NCBI RefSeq assembly: GCF_000181795.1
Contig: NW_003526943.1
Span: 870,487 to 934,486 of the forward strand
Length of the DNA stretch: 64,000 bases
Direction: 5' to 3'
DNA from: Trichinella spiralis
Taxonomy: Eukaryota
Part shown: positions 1 to 10,355 of the stretch, piece after piece
Layout: each line of letters opens with the position of its first letter
Position numbering within the stretch: the stretch's first letter is position 1
Notes under the pieces: generated by a model
Databases searched by the model: none
Told to the model about the DNA's origin: nothing
Seen by the model: only the letters and a program-made list of their open reading frames with translations
Position numbers and translations under genes: made by a program

Positions 1-2
1 TG

Positions 3-83
3 AATGCTCTGTTTGACCGGTCATCAGTGAGAAAAGCGGAAAAGCTAGCATTATACAGCGTTTTACAGTTGCTGGGCAAATAA
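3..83 (+). CDS. Possible last exon of a gene entering from the left (NALFDRSSVRKAEKLALYSVLQLLGK*)
   Basis: Open frame from the window edge to TAA, GC-richer than its flank, with AATAAA about 70 nt downstream. Too short to identify. Confidence 0.3.
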   Translation, partial: NALFDRSSVRKAEKLALYSVLQLLGK

Positions 84-1471
84 AATCTACAAAATTCACC
101 AAATTATAACTTCCAACATAACATACAAAAACAATACACTATTATTGTTTTTAATAAATTGTTTACTTTAAATTTATATTCAGAATCAAATATTAAATTT
201 CGTGTTAATTATTCAACAATGCTACTTCCCTAAAATGCAGAAGAAAAGAATACACATATCTTATACATGGCGTCACATTCTTTATATATATACTTATAAT
301 TAGCAACATTTTTCATATATGATTCTTTTTATGTTATAAATACTTTTTTTTTGAAATAATTATGCTGTAATATAGCACTGATTACTACAATACTAAATGA
401 TTAAAAATGATACACGTGCATTCACAATTTGCTGATAACTTCTTTAAACAAAAAATACATTACTTTCTGGGTAAAGGCTTCTGAATCAAAAGACGCGTGC
501 TTATTTGGCTAATAATCATTTATACAAAAAATTTTCAACAATTCAACAAATACATACAACAGCCGCTGGAAAAACTAACAAATTCGTTGTTTTGCTTTAC
601 TACAGTAAAACGAAAGCAAGTGCTGAAAGCAAAAGTCAATAGAATATACTTGTCAAGCAAATAAGATTAATAAAAATTAAATAAAAACCACGTAATTTAA
701 AGCAACTTGATTTATTTTCACTTATGAATTGAACAATAGCTGTTTTGTTTGAATGTACAGGGAAAAATATTTTAAAGAAAATGTAAAATTAAACTGCTAA
801 ACTTCATCAATTTATGCAATCAAATTTAACTGGATATACTATTTTATTGAAGCTCTTTATTTATTAAGATTCAATATTTTAAAAAGTCTGCAAGATCTAC
901 ATTTTTTGGGAATTTCAGATTTTGACAGATTATTTGTAGTGTTGTTTTTCAAGTGGAAACTGTATTTTAAATCACTTATTGTTAATACATTTTATTCCAT
1001 TTGATCAAAATATTGCATTTAGCAATTTTTATCAGGAAGTTATTATCTGGCTTTTGTATGCTACTCATTCACTCAGTTAAATAAGCAATTTCGTTATTTG
1101 AAAACATCAACAAGCAATGCAACTAAGAAGATGCAACACAACAAATAGCGATAAATAAGTCAAAGAGAAATACACAAATACAGGTATATGCAACAGTGCA
1201 AACATTTTTGTTCTGCAATTCACTCGTAACTTGTAACATCACTGTATCTATTTCTTACCGTTATATGATAGTTAGGTGCCAATGGAATTCATTCTATTCT
1301 TGAAAATTTTTATAAAAACAGTATTTTATTTAATAATAATTGCGCTAAAAAGTCAAAAAAATGTATTAATATAAACCTAATAAAAAATGTCTTCTAATAA
1401 TTTATAACCCTTTCCGCGAACATCTCGAAAATACATTTAATAAAAGTGGGACCTGCAAATACTCATTGTTC

Positions 1472-1497
1472 TCTGATTGGCTGGAATTTATTGGTCA
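1472..1497 (+). promoter_or_regulatory. Two reverse CCAAT (NF-Y-like) boxes upstream of DBF4
   Basis: CTGATTGGCTG (ATTGG at 1476-1480) and TATTGGTCA (ATTGG at 1490-1494) fit the extended NF-Y consensus. An E2F-like TTTCCGCG lies near 1411. Confidence 0.35.
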
Positions 1498-1864
1498 GAT
1501 ATGATCGTCCGATCATTTTGTATTTTCCATTGTTGTCTGTGCTGTCTTTGCCGATTTTCAATGCTCACTGATCACATAGAGTGATATTGTTGATTAATGG
1601 TATTTTCGCAGGCAGTTCAAAAGGGAATAAAAGAGAACGTTATTTATTTTTCACTTTATTTGTCAATTAATTAATAAATAATTGAAGCTAATAATAATTA
1701 ATACATGTTTACATTTTACATGATAGTAATTTTCACATTGTAAAATTCTATTTAAAAAATTTTACTTTTCAAATATTACATTTTATTTTAATTCAATTTG
1801 AGCAATATCAAAATCAAATTAAACAAAACGCTGAAAAAGTGCTACAGGTAAATAAAATTCAAAA

Positions 1865-2396
1865 TGCGCTTTTGTGATATGTCCAACTGTTTACTCGACT
1901 GTCCAACAGTGCAATTGCTATGGCATTTTCCCTGCAGAATACAAGCGAAAAATGGGTACAGCTTTATTGAAGTTAAACAAATGGTACAGAATGCAAACGA
2001 TATCACTTCCACTCAACAACTCTCTGCAGAAGAGTACAAGTGCGGTGTGGATGAGCTTCTTTTATAGGCTAGCAATGAGCCAGTGGCGCGGCCGCCGATT
2101 ATTTAAGAGGCAAGTTGTGCGCATATTCGTTGGTCCATCTTATCCACAGAAGTGCCAATAACCTTTGTTAATATCTTCAGCATATGCGTTGAGCTCTGCG
2201 ATATCAGGAGTTCTCAGAGCATAATATTCATTGTTCCTTATTTTATTTTTTGTCCATTTTCGATTTTGGAATTCAGTGTACCAAAATCTTTTTATTCCAT
2301 TCACCAGTCTGAATATTCTCAGAGGCTTTTTACCCAGTACTCGAAGCAGTTCCTGTAAAAATACTTGTCTCTTGACTAGCCGCAATCAAAAGCGCA
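1865..2396 (-). mobile_element. Solo-LTR-like element (532 bp)
   Basis: GC-richer island bounded by perfect inverted termini TGCGCTTTTG...CAAAAGCGCA (TG...CA). The minus strand has TATAAAAG followed about 100 nt later by AATAAA. No TSD is visible. Confidence 0.5.
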
Positions 2397-2724
2397 TATT
2401 TATTGATTAAAAAAGTTTAATTTCATTTATTTCATAAAAAAATTCTATAAAGCTAAAATACTATTACGAAAAATGAAGTTATAACAGTGCATTTTTTTTT
2501 CGAAAGCATCTGCTTTTTATTTATTTTAAATTCAATCCTTCTTTAAAATGTATTTTTTAAATTATTTTTAACATTACAACAATTTTTACTTTTAATATTT
2601 ATGAATTGCTGTTTATAACTTCATTCTCAAATGGTATTTGACCTATGCAATGGTAATACCTGCATTACTTAAAATACAGTATGTTGAAAATGAATTTCAT
2701 TTTCTACCTATTTTGAAAAATAAA

Positions 2725-4563
2725 ATGTCTGCGTTTTCTGTTTCCTCATTGAAAGAGGAAACATTTTACTTGGATATCACATCCGCTTCATTGTGTGGCA
2801 GAATCACGAAAATTATTGAACATTATGGAGGAGTATGTATTGATATTACGCAATTTTTGCATTCACTTATTAGTGCTTTAAGGATGTAGTTTCTGACTTG
2901 GAAGGAAAAGTAAGTAAAGTGATAACAAATAAAACAATTCATGCTAATGCTAAGAAAATTTTGTCTTCGAAATTGGAATCTTCAAAAAAAGCGGTAAATT
3001 TTAGATCCATTTAATTTCAGTTGATTACCTTTCAATTTTGCAGGAAATATGGATGCGCTTATCACCGCTCATCAGGCGTGCGTTAAAGAGGAAAATTCCT
3101 ATCTGCACTGCCAAAAGCTTTGTTAACGAGATGCGACAAGCACATCTGAGTACGTTAAATCAAAGTTCCGTGTCATCTTCGAATTCCCAAATCCGTGATT
3201 GTACTGACAATGTGCAACTGCGGGCTCCTTTTGTGAAAATTTCAAATAAAAATAATAATTGTGACAAGCCTCGATATACTCAATTTCGAGAATGGCCAGT
3301 AATCAAGCCAAAAGGTGATAGTAAGTGACAGAATTTATATGAGTAACTAAACTAATCAGTTAATAATAATGTTATTATTATTTATCAGTATGTGTAACAA
3401 TATTTACAATTCAGTTTGTTGAATAACAATGTTTTGTTGAATTAATTCATATTGTAATTCGAATCATATAAATTCATTGCTCTATTTTAAAGATTTTTAT
3501 AATCATTTGTTTCAGAAAAAATAGGAACACGGCATATGCGAAAACATGGAAAATTATCGCACTTTCATTACTCAAAACTGAAGGCAAAGGTACCAACGTT
3601 TCGTCTTAAGCGACTTCCGTAATTTGATATTATTTTATTTTTTTAATCGTATTTGTCGCGATGAATGGTGAGTAAAGCTTTATTTCAGCAATGGTCTTTA
3701 TGTGCCATTACAACGTAAACCCCCGCCTTTGAAATTGAAGATTTTCCGATGCAGGATATGCAAAAAGTTGCTTGCCGACGAGGAAGCGGTTAGTAATATA
3801 TATTATATTTATCAGTTTTTTTCAGACAGTTTGACGAAGTATAATTTGAGTGGTAGTTATTTTTAATTTAAGTAATTTCTTTTTTCTGAGCGTCAGCTTT
3901 GATTGTTGAACAATAAATCCTTTATAATAGCATGTTGTTGCCAAAAGTCATGTTCAAGCTGTGAAATCAACTCATGCATGGAATGAGCTTGATAAAGCAA
4001 CAGAAGATATACCAAACATTGTTTCTTATTTAGTATGTGAAACTGTGGTAAACTGAAATTGAAATCTGAAAGCAACAAGTTGAAATTTTAATTTTTTTTG
4101 CATTATATTTAACTTTTAGAAATTGGAAAACAGCGATTTGAAAGTGCCATCAAGCGAGTTAAAGTAATTTATGGAATTTGTTGAAATTTTGGCAGTTTTT
4201 ATTTTATTGGTCTCCAGTTTCAGAGTTCCTGTGAATGAAGCGAGTGAATCCAATGATAGTAAAGGTGATGTTTTTGATGAGTTTGCAAGAAGGCCACTTT
4301 CTCCAATTTTGCAATTGCACAGCATTGAAGAAATTGCAAAAGTCACCGGCTTCATCATGCCAGGTTTATCCGAAGAAGACTTGGACATGTTTAATAGTAA
4401 TTATTATTTTGTTTATCATAAAACTGTTTTATTGATTTTTCATTTTATTGTAGAATTAGAATTAATTAGGAAAAAAGTTGAAATGGAAAATCTCGAAAGC
4501 TCTTCAAATTCCAGTTCAACTCTTGACATTATTGACAGTTTTTTGGAATCATCTTTTAAATGA
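2725..4563 (+). CDS. DBF4: Dbf4/ASK, regulatory subunit of the Cdc7 kinase (9 exons, about 377 aa)
   Basis: Exons 2725-2832, 2883-2993, 3044-3320, 3516-3618, 3689-3788, 3931-4032, 4120-4163, 4218-4396 and 4454-4563 splice in frame with GT-AG. Motif N (FYLDI...IEHYGGDVVSDLEGKVSKVIT), motif M (QLRAPFVKISNKNNNCDKPRYTQFREWPVI) and the motif C zinc finger CRIC-x9-H-x5-H occur in canonical order. Confidence 0.8.
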
Positions 4564-5087
4564 ATTAGATTTCGTTTTATTTTTGGTCATTTTTGTTTTT
4601 GTTTAATTCATCAAAATGCATATTATTTTTGATTCGAAATGTATATTGAATTTCTGTATTACTGGCTGTTTTATAACTTGTATCTTTCGGTTAGAAAATG
4701 TATATATATATATTTATTTATTAAAAAGTGAATAGAAGAACTTGTCGAGTTTTTTATTTGAAATAATTTAGAAACTTTATTAATTTTTTACATAAGGAGG
4801 AAAGGAGAGACATTGTTTTGTTAAAACTTATTTTTTATTTCGTAATATTTATAAAATATAAGTTTTGTCATTTATGAATTTTTCAACAAAGTGAAACAGA
4901 GCTTTATGTTATAAAAGAATGATTTTCCATTTCTCTTCTATTTGTAAGTGAAAATATTCAAAATGATGTAAACCCTATGCTGAACATTCCGCGCTGCGGC
5001 TAGACCCTGGAACGTCAGGCGCATGGGCGTGCCATGCAGTTGCACTAGTCCATAAATTGGCGTCTCCAGTGCTGCCAGGAAAGCCCC

Positions 5088-5300
5088 CCCCCGTGCTTGA
5101 CCCTGCCGACGTTCAATGGCGACATTTTGCAGCTCAAATCGTTCTGGGATCAATTCGAGGCGAGTATTCATCGGCGACATCCCGTAGCTCATTTATCTGA
5201 GGTCCAGCGTTGAAGGAGATCGAAGGCGTGACCATCTGCACTGAAGAATCGACTCCACCGACTATCGGACGTTGTGGAGAGCCATCTCCTGAGCGTAACA
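5088..5300 (+). mobile_element. Degenerate BEL/Pao LTR-retrotransposon gag fragment (DUF1759-like)
   Basis: Translates to PPCLTLPTFNGDILQLKSFWDQFEASIH...LIYLRS...IEGVTI...NRLHRLSDVVESHLL across frameshifts and deletions. This matches the BEL/Pao Gag pattern LPxFxGDxxxWxxFWxxFxxxIH. Confidence 0.75.
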
Positions 5301-5350
5301 ACCCCGAAGACATGCTAAGATGAAGGAGCGGCAGAACTGTACTGAACCTA

Positions 5351-5424
5351 TAGCAACCGACGTGGGGCTCGAACCCAAGACCATCAGATTAAGACTCTAT
5401 TCTGTTTACGAAAGCGTATGCGGG
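5351..5424 (-). pseudogene. tRNA-Lys(CTT)-derived sequence (good 3' half, decayed 5' half)
   Basis: Minus strand reads TCTTAATCTGATGGTCTTGGGTTCGAGCCCCACGTCGG, with a CTT anticodon loop and a GGTTCGAGCCC B-box/T-arm matching eukaryotic tRNA-Lys(CTT). The D-arm and acceptor stem do not fold properly. Confidence 0.6.
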
Positions 5425-6468
5425 AAAACTGATAGTACCTGAACATCAACTGGATCCTTTGCTAGAGCAAAGAATGAAGGCGCAGAACAAGTGAGTTGGT
5501 GTGTCTCAGTGGGATGTGAGAAAAGTGAACTGTCACTTTTGGACTACATCACTATGTATATTCGTGTTGTTTATATAGTTTTCCTTTTTGTCTATCTTCA
5601 TGTATATTCAGATATCTACAATAAAGTGTATCTGAAACTATCGTAGGGCAAAATTGCCTTGGCACTATAGATATCTACCCTTCCCTTTGATATATAAAGC
5701 TATAAATTTTGTATATTTAAAATTACGTGCAATCTATTAATTTTAACCATGAGAAGCAAAGAATTTTAAAAATATGCAAGTAAAAAAAACAAAAAATTTA
5801 TGACTAAATCGCTTTGCTTTTGTAAAATCATAGCAGTGTCTACTGTTCCCTGCTTATGCGTTTACTGTTAATAGCCTACTTCAATATGTTTTTGAAAGAG
5901 CGCTGTTTCGCATCTTCGAAAAATGAGACTAGTCAATCTCTAGCTAATGCCTAAATGGAAAGCTTTCCTTTTCTTGTTGTTCAGCTCAATGCTTTTTGCG
6001 CAGAACTTTAGAAGCAATAGTATTTCTGTGTGACAGCTCTTTCCTGTCAAGACGAAATGTTTCAATTTGAAGCTAATCAATCTTATGCTGCATTATGCAG
6101 TAGACATTTCGAAAGCTTTCTCGAAATTTAGCACAAGTCAAAGTTTCAGTTACTCAAGCTGCTTTTAGTTATAGTACAATTCTTCATCTCTCAGATAATT
6201 TATTTTTATTCAGCAAAAATAAAGATCTAAAATTATTTCATCTAAAATTTGCTTGCCCATAATTTGACTATTTTGTGACAAATTAAAAGAAAGAACTTGT
6301 CTCTGTATAAAACCCTACTGATGCATATTATGCTACAGATTGTTAAACATAAAAATGAATAAAACTAACATACCAAGCATGCCAGGTTTTTTCTGGTAAA
6401 ATATATATAATAAAGGCAGGGCACAATAGTATATTTTTGATAACTAACAATCAGGTTTTGATACTGAT

Positions 6469-6670
6469 TGTAGTTATTTGCGCCTTATTCGTCCACGTGA
6501 CGAATAAGCTTTCTCTGGTTCTTTGTTAATTGTGATAACTACTGCGTCCAAGCAAATATCGGTCCGCACAAATTTATTGCCCTCAGCAATAACGACAATC
6601 AGAGAGAAACAGTTTTACTCAACGAACTCAACAACAACAACAACAACGCTCAAGCACACGGTTGACTACA
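6469..6670 (-). mobile_element. LTR-like fragment
   Basis: TGTAGT...ACTACA inverted termini and AATAAA on the minus strand. It shares an AATAAC...GAGAGAAAC motif with the 7089-7382 element. No TSD. Confidence 0.35.
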
Positions 6671-6675
6671 CCGCA

Positions 6676-6706
<31 letters not shown>

Positions 6707-6718
6707 TTTTACTGCTCT

Positions 6719-6756
<38 letters not shown>
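6676..6756. repeat. Compound microsatellite: (ACT)n at 6676-6705 and (AT)n at 6722-6756
   Basis: Seen directly in the sequence. Confidence 0.95.
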
Positions 6757-6757
<1 letters not shown>

Positions 6758-7088
6758 GCTTCTCGTGCACGGTGACCTATTTTCATTGCTATCTAAAAAT
6801 AACCTCAATTCCAGGAATTGATAGTTTCCAATACACACGCTGGCAATATTGATTGTCTATTATTTTTAGCAGTGCAAATAATTGGCCAACTGCCAAGTAT
6901 TTCCTGTTTTCAACGTAATGTTTGCCAGGAGTCAAATTACCAAGCATTCGTGTAAACAAGCTATTTACAGTATCTGAAATAGCTACTAAATGTGCAAATA
7001 AATTCTAGTTTCTAATGTTGAAAAATCTTTAGTTCGAACTTGAAGATCTTTTATAGTGGACTGTATATGTTAATTATAGAATTATCAA

Positions 7089-7382
7089 TGACAGCGGGTG
7101 TGACTAAGAATCGGTTTATTCAGAATAAACAGTGAGTAATAACAATGATATAGCGAGAGAGAAACGGTTCAGGCGGTATTCGATGCGGCGTGTTCCGTGT
7201 TATTCGATGTTTTGTTTGGTGTTGTTGTTCCCTCCTCCCTCCGCACTCGTATTTATATCTTTTTCTTGACCTCACTCCGCGTCTGGCGACCTAGATCATC
7301 GAAAAGTAATTAGAAAATCGGCTTGGTTGCGCAATCCCTTAGACTGTGCAGCTTAGCCGGGATCTGAACAGGCGCGCTGTCA
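7089..7382 (-). mobile_element. Solo LTR (294 bp)
   Basis: Perfect 8-bp inverted termini TGACAGCG...CGCTGTCA. Flanks TCAA and GCAA resemble a 4-bp TSD with one mismatch. The minus strand has TATATAAAT followed by AATAAA. Confidence 0.65.
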
Positions 7383-7950
7383 GCAACATTTCACTTTGAC
7401 GCCTTTTCAGCAACTGACCACCGGAGTTATGGCAGATATATGACAGGACGCTGACCTTTTGACCGCTTAATTGCTATTCCATTGTTCTCCATTGAAAAAA
7501 ACAAGGGGTGCAACTGGTTGTTTTCGTACCAGGGGTAATGCTTTGTTACCACGGGAATTTTAGATAGTGATGAGCAAGTATTGAGAGAAGATTTCTCAAC
7601 ATCTAACAATATAATTACTTCACTAAGAAATCTGTTTTGTTATTCTTATTCACGTAATTCATTTTAATACGACAACTAACTTCCATTTAATTTAATTATC
7701 ACAAAATAGCTTTCATTATCAACATGTATAAAAATGGCATGATGCATACTATCTAAATTTTGTACTGTAACTTTTCAAAAAAAATTACTTAATTTTTTCA
7801 TTAATATATTTGAGTATCTTTCTAATTTTAATAACATGCATATAGTTATTTTTATATTTATTTTTAACTAAAAATTAACAGAATATGATTACTTAAAATA
7901 TTAATTCCTTTTTATGGATTACTGTAACTGTGTTTACAGTCTGGAAAAGA

Positions 7951-10047
7951 ATGGACGTTTTGGTCAATCGAGGTACTTATCATTGAATTTTCAGTTTTTT
8001 CAATTTTAAAATGTAAACATTGTTTTCTTATTAATTTTCTTCATTAAAAGTTTTATCAGCCGATCGTTTGCATATTTTTGTTTAACAAAATTTTCATTTT
8101 TTTCGCATATTTATCTTTCATATTTTGAGAAAATTATTTTTTACACTATTGAATGAAGCCTACTTGATTAACAGAAGAATTTGTGTAGCACAAACTTTGC
8201 AAAACATAATACGAAGATTTTTCAGTAGTGAATGTTGTACTTTATTTATCATTTAATTATGAAAATGTTTAATTACTATAATTGTAATCTTGTTTTTATG
8301 AATTATATTACTTTTTGAATTTTATTTTTTTAAATTAATATGTCAAACTTATTAATTTTATAGATAACTTTTTAAATAATGATTGACTGATCAGTGTTCA
8401 TTGTTAGAACAAGTAGTTTTTATCGGATGCATGAATAATTTGTTGCTCGCATTACGTTGTTGCTGAATATTTTTTCTTTAGAAGGTCATTTGATGGAAAA
8501 CACGATTCCTCATTCTTCTCTGGTAATTCGAGGTACTTATTATAGAGCATTGTTTGGGGATGCTCTTGAGGAAAGTTATTCTTCAGTTGGAACGAGAACT
8601 CTCGAAACAACGCATACTTCAACGTCAGCAGAGCAAGGTGGTAAATTCTTCAATTTCAGTTTTAAATTTTGATTTGTAAAATAGTTTAAGATGCAGACTC
8701 ATCAAATAGTAACGTTGAAAACGACTCGTACAACAATAATGCAGTTGCGCCTCCATCGCGAAAACGATTTCACGGATCGAATGATTCATATGATCGTGTT
8801 TTTGCGAAAAAGATGAAACCCGACGACGTAGAAAATGATATGGCATTGGTTAAATGTGTAGTGAAAAGTGAATTAGTCGACTGTTTCATGTTGGAATCTT
8901 CAAAAAAGTGTAATAGAAATGCAAATAATTCGAATGTTCATAAACTTGCCGATACTTCTGTAGAAGTGATCGATTTGACATCAGAATTAGATAAAAGTTG
9001 GTTGCCGTTGGATGAACAAATTCAGCAGTTCTTTTTGCTAAATGCAGAGCCCGAGAGGGTGACGCAGCAAAAGGTGGCCGCCGTGAAACAATTAGCAAAC
9101 TATGTTAAGGAGTACAATAGAAAGGCTAAAGTTTATATGTTTGGTAGCACGCTTTCAAAAATTGCAAGTAGAAATAGTGATATCGATCTTTGTATTATTG
9201 ATGATAAAAAGTTATTTTCGAGCTTGAACGTCGAATTTCACAGAAAAGAAAGCAAGCGAAGGTTGCATCGTTATAAAAGTAAATTTGATAATCTTCATTT
9301 GGCGTGCCCGTTGAATGCCTTCAATATAATCAATGCCACAGTTCCAATTATGATTTCTAAGTTCAAAGAGCCCTATTCTTTCAGAGCTGATATTAGCATG
9401 AATTCACTTTCTGGAATCAGGTCGAGCTTGCTTATTCGACATTACGCCACGGTGAGTAGTGAGACTTTTTCTGAATGAAACAAAAAACAATAAAAATTTA
9501 TTTATTCACAAAGGCTGACGAACGATTTGCAAAATTGGCCGTCTTGATCAAATGCTGGGCAAATAAGAAGTTTCCAGGTGGTGCCAAGAATGGATACATC
9601 GGCGGATTCGCTTGGACGTTGTTGTTATTAAATTACATGCAGTGTGGAACGGGAGAAAATTGTCCCCCCGTGTTTCCCAGTTTTCAGGAACGTTACCCTT
9701 CGTTGTATGAAAAATCGCTGAATGAGATGGATTTCGAAGGAAAATTTCCTGAGAATTTCGTCTCGCCAAACAAACAATCACTGTCAAGTCTTTTGTATGG
9801 CTTTTTTTATTTCTACGCTTATTGTGTCGACTTTCTCAAAACGATGTTTTCCGTACGAAAAGGTTCAATTTTTCTCCGACAACCCGAACACGCGAAATTT
9901 TTCATGTACATTGAAAATCCGATCAATTTGAAAAATGTGGCAAAATCGTTGCAGATGAAAAAAAAATATGAACAAATTAAAGCGGAAATCATTAACGCCT
10001 ACGACATACTGGCGTCCACTTGTTCAGTGGACAGTTTGTTTGAATAA
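7951..10047 (+). CDS. Cid1/GLD-2/TUTase-family terminal nucleotidyltransferase (about 5 exons)
   Basis: Pol-beta NTase signature YMFGS...SRNSDIDLCI plus the third Asp in RADISMN. Central domain DERFAKLAVLIKCWA and PAP-associated domain SLSSLLYGFFYFYA...FSVRKG...YIENP. Intron at about 9452-9513. Upstream exons from ATG 7951 splice in frame. Confidence 0.9.
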
Positions 10048-10355
10048 TTAGCATTGAAGTTGAAAATGTTGAATAAAATATTGTTATCCGGCAATTGAAG
10101 ACAATTTGACTTGATTACAACAAAAGAAAGAAAAGTTATAAATTTTTGTAATTTTGCATCTTACAGCATACTTTGATTTTCAGGTATTTTTTTATAAATT
10201 GCAAAAACAACCAGTTTTTCAACCAACGGTCGAAAAAATCTTTATTCACTAACTGATTTACAAAGTATTGTCAATAATATTGAAAACCAAAAAAAAATTT
10301 TTTCAGTTTTGCAGAATTTTCAAATCAACTTTAAACGTAACAATCATTTTTTTAT

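Noticed and set aside
1864..2385. ORF-track peptides, including a weak USP-like GPTNMRTTCLLN and a Pao-like FW...RKW
   Set aside because: Short chance-level matches. The region is better explained as an LTR-like element.
5800..6140. Minus-strand LNFEKAFE...FKLKHFVLTGK resembling a LINE reverse-transcriptase DFxKAFD motif
   Set aside because: Too decayed, and no QG or YADD motif could be found. It needs tBLASTn to call.
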